Positions 48,902 to 59,309 of a DNA stretch of 64,000 nucleotides are shown piece by piece. The position numbers were made by a program, and so were the translations under genes. Position 1 is the stretch's first letter. Each line of letters starts with the position of its first letter. The notes beneath the pieces are model-generated. The model had not been told where the DNA came from, did no database searches, and was given only the letters and a program-made list of their open reading frames with translations. The DNA comes from an uncultured Verrucomicrobiae bacterium (GTDB taxonomy: Bacteria > Verrucomicrobiota > Verrucomicrobiia > Chthoniobacterales > Chthoniobacteraceae), in contig CAVYKI010000006.1 in assembly GCA_963769025.1 (NCBI GenBank), positions 352,001-416,000 on the forward strand, in the 5' to 3' direction.

Positions 48902-51292
48902 CTACTTGGCCGTGGATGCCGGTTCGGCCTGCGACGTGCCCCGGCGCATGAGAAACGCGGGGCTTTTCACGATTCCGCTGATGAGCGACGAAAACCGGTA
49001 GTCGTTCTTTTCCAGTGTGAACGCGATGCGCGCGACGGTGGGCTCGTCGTAGTAGTCGAGACCGCGGCCCAGCGCGTAGGTGAGCATCTTCTCCGTGAGG
49101 CACCGCGTGAAGTCCTGCTTGCGGCTGCGGAGGAGCGTCTTCATGTCGGCGAGGCCTCCCATCTTCTGCCCTGTGGCGAGTTCGCCGGAGGTGTCGATCG
49201 CCGCGCCGGTTTCATCGCGGTCGCGCCACTGGCCGATGCCGTTGAAGTTCTCCAGCGCGAATCCGAATGCATCCATCTTCGCATGGCAGTTTGCGCAGCT
49301 CGGGTCGGCGCGATGCTGCTCGAGCTTCTGCCGGAAAGTCCCGCTCAGCTCCTTCCGCTTGCTGTCGTCGAGCGACGGGGTATTCGGCGGGGGAGGGGGC
49401 GGCGGCGTGCCGAGCATCTGCTGGAGGATCCACTGTCCGCGTTTCACGGGTGAAGTGCGCGTGGGATTCGATGTGACGGTGAGGATGCTCGCCTGCGTGA
49501 GCAGCCCGCCGCGCTGTGTCCCCTCGAGCGAGACGCGCTTCCATTCATCCTTCTGGAAATTGCCGGCGGACTTGATCCCGTAGAGGTCGGCCAGCCGCTG
49601 GTTCACCCACGTGAACTCGCCATCGAGCAGGTCGAGGATGCTGCGGTCGGTGCGCAGGATTTCGCCCACGAATCGCTGCGTTTCCTCGATCATAGACGCC
49701 CGGAGTTCGGGCTTCCAATTTGGGAACGCCTTCGGGTCGGCGCTGTGTCCCTCGAGCCGGCCGAGTTGCAGCCACTGCAGCGCGAAATTCCGGATGAGCG
49801 CCTCGGCCTGGGGAGCCTGGAGCATCCGTTTGACCTGCGCATCGAGGTTTGAGGTGAGCTTTCCGGCGGAGGCGAGCTGAAGCAGCTCGTCGTCCGGGCA
49901 CGAACTCCACAGGAAATACGAGAGCCGGGTCGCGAGCTGGAATTCGCTCACCGGATGCGGTTCGGGATTCTCCGGGCGGTCATCGGGTTCGAGCCGGAAG
50001 ACGAATTTCGGCGACGCGAGGATCGCGCTGATGGCGCGGCGCATGGCTTCCTCCCACGTGTCGTTGTGGGCCATCCCGTAGGCGACGAGCTTGCAGAGCC
50101 GGTCGAGTTCCTCGGCGGAGACGGGTCGGCGCCACGCGCGCGGCGCGAAACGCGCGAGCACCTCGCGGGTATGCTCGGCCTGCGGCTTGCCGGGAGTGAC
50201 GACGAGCAGCGATTTCGTCGCGGCGTTGCGCGTGTCCATCGGCCCCTCGTATTCCATCCACTCGACGTAAAGCGTCGGGGACGGCTGACCCGCCGGCGGC
50301 TTGAATGCGGCGAGCGCGATGCGTTCGATGCCCTCCATGCGGGGAACCTGCACCTCGATTATTTGCGCGTCCTTTTCCGACTGCGCGGTGATCTCGGTGG
50401 TTTTCAGGATGCGGGCGCGCTTGACGTTGGCGACGGCTGAACCGTCGAGCTTCGCCATCTCGGTTTCCGGAGCGGGCTTTGGAATGGCAGGCCCCGCGAC
50501 CATCAGCGCCACGCGGACGGGCTTGCCGACCGGCGATTTTGCATAAAGCCGCGCGCGCATGACGTAGTCCCCGTCCGCCGTGATCCTCGCGGGCGTATGC
50601 ACGGGGCCGGAGAGGACGGTGACCGTCTCGGACCCGCAAAACGGCCGGAACTGCGACGTGGGCACGTTGGCCGACTGGGGCTCCAGATACCTCGCTGCCA
50701 GCCTTCGTTTCGGGGGCGTCGTCGCGCTGAGCGGGATCGCCTGCGCGGCAATCTGGTCGGCCGCGTCGAGGTAGCGCTCCATGAGCACCGGCGAGACCGT
50801 GAGGACGTCGGCGATGTTGTCGAAACCGTGACCGACGTCGTCACTCGGGAAATTGTCCGCGGGCCGGAAGTCGATCTTCAGCAGATCACGGATCGTGTTG
50901 TTATATTCCGTGCGGTTCAGCCGCCGCACCGTGAGCCTGCCGGGGTCGGGTTTGCCGCTGTCGGCCTTGGCAAAAATGCCCGCGACCGATGCGAGGAAGC
51001 GCTGCTTTTCCTCCGCTGACGGCTGCGGCTTGTCGTCCGGCGGCATCTCGCCGGAGCGCACCAGTTCGACCACATCGCGCCAGCGTTTGCGAGCGCGCAG
51101 GACGGAGATGTCATCGCGGAATTCGTGCAGCGCCAGGTCGGCCTTCTGCTTGTCCTTCCCGTGGCAGGAGACGCAATACTTCTGGAGAAACGGAGCGCCC
51201 GCATCGGCAAAGGACGGCGTTGCGGCGCTGCCTATCCGTGCAAAAAAGGCGAGGGCGAGAGTGCCGATGAGAAGCGCGCTGGTTCGCAACAT
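48902..51292 (-). CDS. PVC-type cytochrome c protein with DUF1587/1595/1592/1588/1585 domains
   Basis: CVSCH, RRLNRTEYNNT, GFDN, LATRLSYFLWSSCPD, RTSPVKRG, CANCH, LTYALGRGL. Confidence 0.92.
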   Translation of the reverse strand: MLRTSALLIGTLALAFFARIGSAATPSFADAGAPFLQKYCVSCHGKDKQKADLALHEFRDDISVLRARKRWRDVVELVRSGEMPPDDKPQPSAEEKQRFLASVAGIFAKADSGKPDPGRLTVRRLNRTEYNNTIRDLLKIDFRPADNFPSDDVGHGFDNIADVLTVSPVLMERYLDAADQIAAQAIPLSATTPPKRRLAARYLEPQSANVPTSQFRPFCGSETVTVLSGPVHTPARITADGDYVMRARLYAKSPVGKPVRVALMVAGPAIPKPAPETEMAKLDGSAVANVKRARILKTTEITAQSEKDAQIIEVQVPRMEGIERIALAAFKPPAGQPSPTLYVEWMEYEGPMDTRNAATKSLLVVTPGKPQAEHTREVLARFAPRAWRRPVSAEELDRLCKLVAYGMAHNDTWEEAMRRAISAILASPKFVFRLEPDDRPENPEPHPVSEFQLATRLSYFLWSSCPDDELLQLASAGKLTSNLDAQVKRMLQAPQAEALIRNFALQWLQLGRLEGHSADPKAFPNWKPELRASMIEETQRFVGEILRTDRSILDLLDGEFTWVNQRLADLYGIKSAGNFQKDEWKRVSLEGTQRGGLLTQASILTVTSNPTRTSPVKRGQWILQQMLGTPPPPPPPNTPSLDDSKRKELSGTFRQKLEQHRADPSCANCHAKMDAFGFALENFNGIGQWRDRDETGAAIDTSGELATGQKMGGLADMKTLLRSRKQDFTRCLTEKMLTYALGRGLDYYDEPTVARIAFTLEKNDYRFSSLISGIVKSPAFLMRRGTSQAEPASTAK

Positions 51293-51363
51293 GTTCGGGT
51301 GAACTAATCCGCGAAGCGCAGGATTCTCAAGCGGTGGGTTTCGCTGTGCGGCGCCGCGCCGGC

Positions 51364-52248
51364 TCAGTGAACGACCTTGTTCAGCGGGTATTCGATGATG
51401 CCTTCCGCGCCGAGCGACTTGAGCTGCGGGATGATTTCGCGGACGACCTTCTCGTCGATGATCGTCTCGACGGCAACCCAGCCGGGGATGGCGAGGTGCG
51501 CGATGGTGGGATTGCGCATCGCGGGGAGCGCGGCGAGCAGCGGCTGCAGCTTTTCCTCGGGGAGATTCATCTTCAGGCCGACCATGTCGCGTGCGGCGAG
51601 CGCTCCCTGGAGCAGCAGGACGATGCGGTCCATCTTCGCGCGCTTCCACGCGTCGGCGTAGGCGGCGTTATTGGAAATGAACTGCGGCACGCTCTCCATG
51701 ATCGTCTCGACGATGCGCAGCTTGTTCGCGCGCAGCGAGGAGCCGGTCTCGGTCACGTCCACGATGGCGTCCACGAGGTCGGGCACCTTCACCTCGGTCG
51801 CGCCCCAGGAAAATTCCACCTCGGCGGTGACGCCGTGCTTCGCGAGGAAAGTGCGCGTCATTTCCACGGCCTCGGTCGCGATTACCTTGCCTTGGAGATC
51901 CTTCACGCTCTTCACCGGCGAATCCTCGGGAACGCAGAGCACCCAGCGCGTGGGACGCGAACTGGTCTTGCTGAAGACGAGATCGCACAGCCGCACGACA
52001 TCGCTGCCGTTGTTCTCGATCCAGTCGCGGCCCGTGAGCCCGCAGTCTAGGAATCCGTGCTCGACGTAGCGCGAAATCTCCTGCGCGCGCAGCAGGCGGA
52101 TGACGATTTCGGGATCGTCCACGGCCGGCTTATAGCTGCGGCTGGAGACGGCGATGCTGAAGCCGGCTTTTGCAAAAAGGGCGATGGTCGGATCCTGCAG
52201 GCTGCCCGAGGGCAGGCCGATGCGAAGCTGGCGGATTTCGTCTGGCAT
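51364..52248 (-). CDS. hisG: ATP phosphoribosyltransferase (long form)
   Basis: [37 protein letters not shown]-terminal regulatory domain. Confidence 0.96.
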   Translation of the reverse strand: MPDEIRQLRIGLPSGSLQDPTIALFAKAGFSIAVSSRSYKPAVDDPEIVIRLLRAQEISRYVEHGFLDCGLTGRDWIENNGSDVVRLCDLVFSKTSSRPTRWVLCVPEDSPVKSVKDLQGKVIATEAVEMTRTFLAKHGVTAEVEFSWGATEVKVPDLVDAIVDVTETGSSLRANKLRIVETIMESVPQFISNNAAYADAWKRAKMDRIVLLLQGALAARDMVGLKMNLPEEKLQPLLAALPAMRNPTIAHLAIPGWVAVETIIDEKVVREIIPQLKSLGAEGIIEYPLNKVVH

Positions 52249-52352
52249 AAGAGCGCGCGGTTCTAGGTCCGCAGTGCGGGGGTTGCGAGGAAATTCCCGG
52301 TGCCATGCACTCGCGCCTTGCGGGAAAGGCGTCGAGGCGGCTCATTCGCTGG

Positions 52353-53165
52353 ATGGAGTTGCAGCCGATCAAAAAATTGCACGACACGCAGAGCCAGCGC
52401 GACCGGCGCGGGATCGCGATCGATCGCGTGGGCGTGCGCGGCCTTCGCTATCCGATCCAGGTGCGCGACAAGGCGCGCAAGCTCCAGCACACGGTCGCGA
52501 CGGTCACGCTCACGGTGGATTTGCCGCATCACTTCAAGGGCACGCACATGAGCCGCTTCGTCGAGGTGCTGAACGAATTTGGCCCCGTGCTGCACGTGGA
52601 CAATATCCAGACCATCCTCCGCGACCTGGCGAAGCGCCTCGAATCGGAAAGCTCGCACGTGACGTTTGAGTTCCCGTTTTTCCTCGAAAAGCGCGCGCCA
52701 GCCACCGGCGCTGTCGGGCTGATGGATTACGTCGTGCGCTTCGATGCGACGCTGGAGAAGAAGCGGACGGATTTTGTCGTCACGGTCATCGTGCCGGTCA
52801 CGACCCTTTGCCCGTGCTCAAAGGCCATCTCCGAGCGCGGAGCGCACAACCAGCGCGGGCAGGTGACCTACGGCATCCGCAGCGTGAAGCCGATCTGGAT
52901 CGAGGACATGATCGCGCTCGTCGAGCAGAGCGCGAGCTGTGAGCTTTTCAGCCTGCTGAAGCGGCCGGACGAAAAGGCGGTGACGGAGCGCGCATTCGAC
53001 AACCCGGTTTTCGTCGAGGATCTCGTGCGCAATGTCGCAGCCCGCTCGAACCGCGAGAGGAACATCGTCTGGTACCGGGTCGAGGCGGAGAACTTCGAGA
53101 GCATCCACAACCACAACGCGTATGCGCTCGTGGAGAAGCACGTGAAGCGCGCCGCAAGGAAATGA
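52353..53165 (+). CDS. folE2: GTP cyclohydrolase IB (FolE2)
   Basis: IDRVGV, KGTHMSRF, TTLCPCSK, AHNQR, LLKRPDE, FVEDLVR, ESIHNHNAYA. Confidence 0.95.
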   Translation: MELQPIKKLHDTQSQRDRRGIAIDRVGVRGLRYPIQVRDKARKLQHTVATVTLTVDLPHHFKGTHMSRFVEVLNEFGPVLHVDNIQTILRDLAKRLESESSHVTFEFPFFLEKRAPATGAVGLMDYVVRFDATLEKKRTDFVVTVIVPVTTLCPCSKAISERGAHNQRGQVTYGIRSVKPIWIEDMIALVEQSASCELFSLLKRPDEKAVTERAFDNPVFVEDLVRNVAARSNRERNIVWYRVEAENFESIHNHNAYALVEKHVKRAARK

Positions 53166-53219
53166 CAGCGTGCGTGGAAGACAGGGACGCGCCCGGGAAT
53201 TGCTGCTAGGGTTTCCGCC

Positions 53220-53972
53220 ATGGTGCACCGCCTCATCATCCTCTGCATTGTCGGCTTTTGGCTGGCAATGACCGGGCTGCTCGTGGTGCGCGAGGTTTAC
53301 CCGGAGTCCACGCGCCTCAATGCGGTGCCGGCCGGCTACGTCGGGCAGATCGTCTTCCAGCATGAGCAGGCATCCGACCTGCGGATTCTCTCGTCGGGAA
53401 AGGATGTCGGCTTCGTGCATATTCAGCCAAAGAGCTTCGCGAGCACGGGAAAGAGGACCATCGATATCCACGGCAGCCTGACTCTCACGCTTCCCGGCAA
53501 GACCTCGCAGCCGCTCGCCTGGTTCTCAGTGGCCGAGATGGATCGCGATCTTGCACTGGAGCGGTTGCATATTGACCTTTCGACCCCGTCGCCGGGCCAG
53601 CACTTGGATGTGACGGTCGATTTGGCCGCGAAGACGGCGGTCTTTGGTGTAAAGGTCGGCAACCAGATATTCAACGAGACGGCCTTTACCCTCGATGAGG
53701 CGGGGTTTGCGAAGCTGATGTCGCAAGCGGGTCTGGACCCGGCGATGATCCGGCAGCTCAAGGCGTCGCGGGGCGAAATTCCACGGATGGAATTCGGTGC
53801 GCAGTCGTCGTCCACCGTCATCGGCGGGCAGAAGCTCTCGACTTTCCTCCTCACGCTGAAGACGGGCGAGCAGACCGTATTCGAGGCGCAACTCAGCCAG
53901 CTTGGGCAGGTGCTCGGCGTGCAGGTGCCTTTGCTCGGGTGGAAACTCACGCCCTACCCGCAGCCGCGATGA
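53220..53972 (+). CDS. Membrane-anchored hypothetical protein
   Basis: N-terminal TM/signal (IVGFWLAMTGLLV); ATGA overlap with the ABC ATPase gene. Confidence 0.75.
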   Translation: MVHRLIILCIVGFWLAMTGLLVVREVYPESTRLNAVPAGYVGQIVFQHEQASDLRILSSGKDVGFVHIQPKSFASTGKRTIDIHGSLTLTLPGKTSQPLAWFSVAEMDRDLALERLHIDLSTPSPGQHLDVTVDLAAKTAVFGVKVGNQIFNETAFTLDEAGFAKLMSQAGLDPAMIRQLKASRGEIPRMEFGAQSSSTVIGGQKLSTFLLTLKTGEQTVFEAQLSQLGQVLGVQVPLLGWKLTPYPQPR

Positions 53973-54715
53973 TCCAGACGAAAGGCCTCTCCAAAAATTT
54001 CGGCGCGCTCACGGCGGTGGATTCGCTCGACCTCGACGTGCCGCAGGGCGAGTTCTTCGCATTCCTCGGGCCGAATGGCGCGGGCAAGACGACGACGATC
54101 AAGATGCTCGCGGGCCTGCTGAAGCCGTCCGCGGGCTCGGCGAAGGTCGCGGGCTTTGACATCCAGCAGCAGCCGGAGCAGGCGAAGTCGCGGCTCGCCT
54201 ACGTGCCCGATTTTCCCTACACGTACGACAAGCTGACGGCGGTCGAGTTCATGCGGTTTGTCGGCGATATCTTCGGCATGGAGCCGCGCACCATCGAGGA
54301 GCGGATGGAGGCGCTGTTCGCCAGGTTTCACCTCAATGACTACCGGCACGAGCTCACCGAGAACCTCAGCCACGGCACTCGCCAGCGCCTCGTCATCAGC
54401 AGTGCGCTGCTGCACGATCCGACGGTGCTCGTCATCGACGAGCCGATGGTCGGCCTCGACCCGATGCATGCGCGGATTGTGAAGGAGGAATTCGAGGCGA
54501 GGTCGCGCGCCGGGATGACCATTTTCCTCAGCACGCACCAGCTCAGCGTCGCGGAGGAGCTGGCGGATCGCGTGGGAATCATCCACTGCGGGCGGCTCAT
54601 CGCGCTCGGCACGGTGGAGGAATTGCGCGAGATGAGCGTGGCGAAGGGCGGTCTGGAGAACGTGTTCCTCTCGCTCGTGGATGCGGAGGAGCGCGCGAGG
54701 GAAAAGACGCGGTAG
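53969..54715 (+). CDS. ABC transporter ATP-binding protein (ABC-2 type)
   Basis: GPNGAGKTT, LSHGTRQR, IDEPMVGLDP, STH. Confidence 0.95.
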   Translation: MIQTKGLSKNFGALTAVDSLDLDVPQGEFFAFLGPNGAGKTTTIKMLAGLLKPSAGSAKVAGFDIQQQPEQAKSRLAYVPDFPYTYDKLTAVEFMRFVGDIFGMEPRTIEERMEALFARFHLNDYRHELTENLSHGTRQRLVISSALLHDPTVLVIDEPMVGLDPMHARIVKEEFEARSRAGMTIFLSTHQLSVAEELADRVGIIHCGRLIALGTVEELREMSVAKGGLENVFLSLVDAEERAREKTR

Positions 54716-54755
54716 GACTGGATTTCCGGAGGCGTTTGCTGCTTTGTCGCCGCCC

Positions 54756-55874
54756 ATGTTTCAACTGCTCGGCACCGATCCTTCCTCGAAAGCGCGCCGC
54801 GGAATTTTGCGAACCAAGCGCGGCGACATCCAGACGCCGCAGTTCATGCCCGTGGGCACGCAGGGCACGGTGAAGGCCGTCTCGCCCGACGAACTCACGC
54901 AGCTCGGCGCGCAGATCATCCTCGGGAACACTTACCACCTTTTCGTCCGCCCCGGCATGGAGGTGATGAAAAAATTCGGCGGGCTGCACCGCTTCATGGG
55001 CTGGGACAAGCCGATCCTCACGGACAGCGGCGGCTTCCAGGTCTTCTCGCTCGCGAAGCTGCGCAAGATCACACCCGAGGGCGTGCATTTTCAAAATCAC
55101 CTCGACGGCTCGCCGATGTTCCTCGGCCCGCGCGAGGCGATGGAAATCCAGGCCGTGCTCGGCAGCGACATAGCCATGCTCTTCGATGAATGCCCGCCTC
55201 ATCCGTGCGAACGCGACTACGCCGCGAAGAGTCTCGCGCTCACGCTGAAGTGGGCCGCGATGTGCAAGGAGGTGGAGACGCCGGGGATGAAATTCGGCAT
55301 CGTGCAGGGCAGCAGCTATGCCGACCTGCGCCGCGAAAGCGCCGAGGCACTCGTGCAGATGGGCTTCGACGGATACGCAATCGGCGGCGTGAGCGTCGGC
55401 GAGTCCGAGCCGGAAATGATGGCCGCCGTTGAAGCCGCCGAGCCTTTTCTCCCCGCGGACAAACCGCGCTACGCGATGGGCCTCGGTACGCCGCCGCAGC
55501 TCGTGGAAATGGTCGCGCGCGGCGTGGACATGTTCGACTGCGTGCTGCCCACGCGCATCGCGCGCAACGGCACCGCCTTCACCGAGCGCGGCACGCTGAA
55601 CCTCAAGAACGCCGAGTTCACGATGGACGAAGGGCCGATCGAGGAAGGCTGCGAATGCCCCGCCTGCCGCAAGTTCGCGCGCGGCTACCTGCGGCATCTC
55701 CTGAAGGCCAACGAGATCCTCGGCCTGCGCCTCGTGACGCTGCACAACCTTCACTTTTACCTGAACCTCATGCGCCGCATCCGCGCGCACATCGAGGCGG
55801 GCACGTTTGCGGAGTTCCACAAGAAGTTCGTGAGCGAATACGTGCCGTGGAAGCCGGAGGAAGTGCCGGAGTAG
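54756..55874 (+). CDS. tgt: tRNA-guanine transglycosylase (queuosine)
   Basis: TPQFMPVGT, NTYHL, TDSGGFQ, GIVQG, GGVSVGE, DMFDCV, CECPAC..HN zinc site. Confidence 0.97.
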   Translation: MFQLLGTDPSSKARRGILRTKRGDIQTPQFMPVGTQGTVKAVSPDELTQLGAQIILGNTYHLFVRPGMEVMKKFGGLHRFMGWDKPILTDSGGFQVFSLAKLRKITPEGVHFQNHLDGSPMFLGPREAMEIQAVLGSDIAMLFDECPPHPCERDYAAKSLALTLKWAAMCKEVETPGMKFGIVQGSSYADLRRESAEALVQMGFDGYAIGGVSVGESEPEMMAAVEAAEPFLPADKPRYAMGLGTPPQLVEMVARGVDMFDCVLPTRIARNGTAFTERGTLNLKNAEFTMDEGPIEEGCECPACRKFARGYLRHLLKANEILGLRLVTLHNLHFYLNLMRRIRAHIEAGTFAEFHKKFVSEYVPWKPEEVPE

Positions 55875-55881
55875 ATCGACG

Positions 55882-57819
55882 CTACGACACCAGCGGCAGC
55901 AGCCTGCCCAGGAGGTCGCTGATTTTCACGCGTTCCTGCGAGCCGTCGTCGCGGTGGCGGAGGGTGACGGTGTCGAGCAGTTCGGGACCTTTTTCGCCGA
56001 GCGTGTCGAAGTCCACGGTGACGCAGAACGGCGTGCCGGCCTCGTCCTGGCGGGCGTAGCGTTTGCCGATGCTGCCGCCTTCGTCGTAGTCGGCGGCGAC
56101 GTGTTTTTTCAGCGTGTCGTAGATGGCGCGGGCCTTGGCGACGAGTTCGGGCTTGTTCTTCAGCAGCGGGAAGACGGCCACTTTCTTCGGCGCAATGCGC
56201 GGGTGAAAGCGCATGACGGTGAGCGTCTCCTTGTTGCCCTTCGCGTCGGTCTTTTCGACTTCGGTGTAGGCGAGCGTGAGCACGGCGAGCGCGAGGCGGT
56301 CGAGTCCGGCGCTGGGCTCGATTACGTGCGGGACGTAGAAGCCCTTGAAGAGCCGCTCGCACCACTCGGCAATTTTCTCCGCGGGCAGCACGCCTTTTTC
56401 CTTCGCGGAATTTTCGGCCTGCTTGCGGGCGACGAGCGCGGCGCGCTGCTCGGGCGTCCATTTGGCAAAGGCGAGCTTCACTTCCTCGTCGAAGACTTCG
56501 AGCGGTTTGCCGCAGGCATTCTGATGAGCGGTGAGATCGAAGTCGCCGCGCGCGGCGATGCCTTCCAGTTCCTCGGTGCCGAAGGGGAACTTGAACAGGA
56601 TGTCCACGCACGCGCGGGCGTAGTGCGCGAGGTCGCCTTTGCCCTGCCAGAAATAATCCAGCACGTCCGCGCCGAGGCCGATGCTGGCGTAGTACGCGGT
56701 GCGCTGCGCGACCCAGTAGCGGTGCCACATCTCCCAGCCCCAGTTTGGCTGCGGCGCGGAAAGGTCGGCGCCTTCGCTGTACTGCGCGACGCTGCCGCAC
56801 ACGGCCTCGATGGCCTCGTCGGGCTTGATGAAAAACTCCAGCTCCATCTGCTCGAACTCACGCGAGCGGAAGGTGAAATTGCGCGGCGTGACCTCGTTGC
56901 GAAACGCCTTGCCGATTTGGCAGATGCCGAACGGGACTTTCTGCCGCGTGGAATCCACGACATTCTTGAACTGCGCAAAGATCGCCTGCGCCGTCTCGGG
57001 GCGGAGATACGCCTTGTCGTCCTCCGACGCCGTCGCGCCAACGAACGTGTGAAACATGAGATTGAACGGCTTCGGCTCCGTGAGCTGCGCGCCGTTCTCG
57101 GGGTTGAAGCCGCGGGAGTTTTCGACCTTCGCGGTCGTCTCGCCGAGCAACGTCGGGTTCATCAGGCCGCGCGCGGTGTAAAATTGGAGCGCCACCTTGC
57201 GTGCGCTCTCCGGAGGTTTGCCGGGAGGGAGCAGCACGGAGAACGTTTCTTCGCGCCAGGACTCCAGCACGGACTCCACGATCTTTGCGACGGCGTTGTC
57301 GAGTGGCTCCACCTCGTGGGTCGCGTCCGGTTGGCTGAGCAGCGCGCGGACTTCGTTGGCGAGATCCGCCACATTCATCGCGGAGTTTTCACGGTGCTTC
57401 GCGAGGTGGCCGAGCAGGGCCTTGTAGCCGGTGGAGTCCGCCGGCACTTCCTCGCCAAGCGCGCCGACGTAGGAATAGACCGTGCCCGACTGCGGATCGA
57501 CGTGGTCGGCCCGGAAGCGCTTCTTCGTGACGAGGCAGTCCGCCATCGGATCGCTGAAGGTGTCCACATGGCCCGACGCCTTCCAGATGCCCGGGTGCAT
57601 GATGATGGTTGCATCGAGGCCCACGACATCTTCGCGGTCGCGCGTCATCGTGCGCCACCACGTGTCGCGGAGGTTGCGCTTCAGCTCCGCGCCGAGCGGG
57701 CCGTAGTCCCAGAAGCCGTTGATGCCACCGTAGATTTCCGAGCTTTGGAAAATGAAGCCGCGCCGTTTGCACAGGCTTACGATCTTTTCCATCAACGGGA
57801 TTTCTTTGGTCTGGCTCAT
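55882..57819 (-). CDS. glyQS: Glycine--tRNA ligase (homodimeric type) with large insertions
   Basis: KRRGFIFQSSEIYGG, YLRPETAQ, GKAFRNE, REFEQME, LAHYA, ELEGIAARG, VIEPSAG, IGKRYARQDE. Confidence 0.96.
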   Translation of the reverse strand: MSQTKEIPLMEKIVSLCKRRGFIFQSSEIYGGINGFWDYGPLGAELKRNLRDTWWRTMTRDREDVVGLDATIIMHPGIWKASGHVDTFSDPMADCLVTKKRFRADHVDPQSGTVYSYVGALGEEVPADSTGYKALLGHLAKHRENSAMNVADLANEVRALLSQPDATHEVEPLDNAVAKIVESVLESWREETFSVLLPPGKPPESARKVALQFYTARGLMNPTLLGETTAKVENSRGFNPENGAQLTEPKPFNLMFHTFVGATASEDDKAYLRPETAQAIFAQFKNVVDSTRQKVPFGICQIGKAFRNEVTPRNFTFRSREFEQMELEFFIKPDEAIEAVCGSVAQYSEGADLSAPQPNWGWEMWHRYWVAQRTAYYASIGLGADVLDYFWQGKGDLAHYARACVDILFKFPFGTEELEGIAARGDFDLTAHQNACGKPLEVFDEEVKLAFAKWTPEQRAALVARKQAENSAKEKGVLPAEKIAEWCERLFKGFYVPHVIEPSAGLDRLALAVLTLAYTEVEKTDAKGNKETLTVMRFHPRIAPKKVAVFPLLKNKPELVAKARAIYDTLKKHVAADYDEGGSIGKRYARQDEAGTPFCVTVDFDTLGEKGPELLDTVTLRHRDDGSQERVKISDLLGRLLPLVS

Positions 57820-58030
57820 AAGGGCGGCGAAGATGCGTAGCGTGCAGGTGAGGCGCAAGCGGGAAGGCGGAGGGAGCATTTGGGAACAGGATCGTGCCCA
57901 TTCGATGAGGGGTTATCCGCCAGCAGTGACAGCGAACGCGCCCGGCGCCGTGCCGAACGAGGTGCAGGCGCTGCGAACGTGCAGCGGCGCGCTTGCGCCG
58001 GCATCGCGCCTGCATTACCATTTTGCCCTG

Positions 58031-59011
58031 ATGCCACGCTACGACGCCTACGCCGCACAGCCGCAACCACCGTCAGTCACGAGGGGATGGTTCATCTCCG
58101 CACTCACGGGGTCACTCGTCGTACACGCCGGGTTGGCCGTATTTTTTAACTTCAAGACGCTGGACAATTTCGGCCCGGTGGATCTGCCGCCCGCAAAGCC
58201 GGAGTCCACGCTGCATCGCGTAAAGATCATCGACGAGAAGCCGAACAAGAAGGACGAAGTGCGGACCGTCCTGCCGGACCGCAAGATTCCCGACAAAAAG
58301 TCGGACCTTACCTTGCCGAAGGAACTGCCCGCTCCGGACGAGATCAGCGTGGCACCGAAGCACAAGCAAATGGACACCTCGCAGCTCTTCGCGGACGAAA
58401 AGCCCGTGGTGGAAATGGCGAAGCTCAGCACGACTCCGAAGATCAATCAGGACGACTTGCTGCCGAAGCTGGACGATTCCTTTTTCAACTCCGGGCGCAC
58501 GGGCCCGAAGGTCGGCGCGCGTTACCAGAGCGACGTGGGACCGGATGGCGACGGGACCGCCCGAGCGATTCAGGTCGCGGGGCAGAACGTCGAGGGAATC
58601 CTGAGCGGCCTGACGAGCGGCACGGGTTCCAGCAGGCGTCTCTCGCTGCCGGGAAATCTCACTTTCGCCCATGATAACGCGGACGTGAGCAACGAGGGGC
58701 GCATCGAACTCGACAAGATCGCGCAGGCGTTGCGGAAATTCCTCGGTCCGGATCTCCAGAAGTCGATGTTCACGATCGAAGGCCACTCGGACCCTACCGG
58801 GACGGCTGAGTACAACCAGAAGCTGAGCGAACGGCGCGCGGAGTCGGTGAGGGCGTGGTTTGTGGCGAACATGGACGTGAATCCTGACCACGTGAAGACG
58901 ATCGGCTATGGTGCCACGCGGCCTGCCGAGGGCGTGCCGATGGAGGGCACCATCGAGCAAATGCAGGGGCACCGGCGGACGGAGATCGTGATTCGCCGGC
59001 CAAAGAAATGA
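58031..59011 (+). CDS. Membrane-anchored OmpA/MotB-family peptidoglycan-binding protein
   Basis: N-terminal TM (SLVVHA), IEGHSDPTG, YNQKLSERRAESV, GYGATRP, RRTEI. Confidence 0.9.
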   Translation: MPRYDAYAAQPQPPSVTRGWFISALTGSLVVHAGLAVFFNFKTLDNFGPVDLPPAKPESTLHRVKIIDEKPNKKDEVRTVLPDRKIPDKKSDLTLPKELPAPDEISVAPKHKQMDTSQLFADEKPVVEMAKLSTTPKINQDDLLPKLDDSFFNSGRTGPKVGARYQSDVGPDGDGTARAIQVAGQNVEGILSGLTSGTGSSRRLSLPGNLTFAHDNADVSNEGRIELDKIAQALRKFLGPDLQKSMFTIEGHSDPTGTAEYNQKLSERRAESVRAWFVANMDVNPDHVKTIGYGATRPAEGVPMEGTIEQMQGHRRTEIVIRRPKK

Positions 59012-59262
59012 CGGATGGGCTGCCCGCTGGGCTGGCGAGATTTGTCGCTGCGGTCCTGGGGGATGAGGCGTTGCAACTTTGGTTTGAGAGACTCGAGGAC
59101 GCCGCTCCGGGGGCCCGCGCGGCGGAATTTCTCCACACGGCGTGCAAGTTGCGCGACGGTGGGGGCGACGACGAAGTCGCCCATGCGACCATCTTTTTCG
59201 CCGCACCCTGTGCGTATGAGGCCACGCTTGCCTCCATCCGTCGTGCGATATTGTCCCCGTGA
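59008..59262 (+). CDS. Hypothetical small protein (84 aa)
   Basis: ATGA overlap with the OmpA-family gene; helical-looking; no recognisable motif. Confidence 0.45.
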   Translation: MTDGLPAGLARFVAAVLGDEALQLWFERLEDAAPGARAAEFLHTACKLRDGGGDDEVAHATIFFAAPCAYEATLASIRRAILSP

Positions 59263-59309
59263 CGCTTTCGCACTTTGATTTGCCGCACGCTGCCCGCAAT
59301 CTCCCGCAA

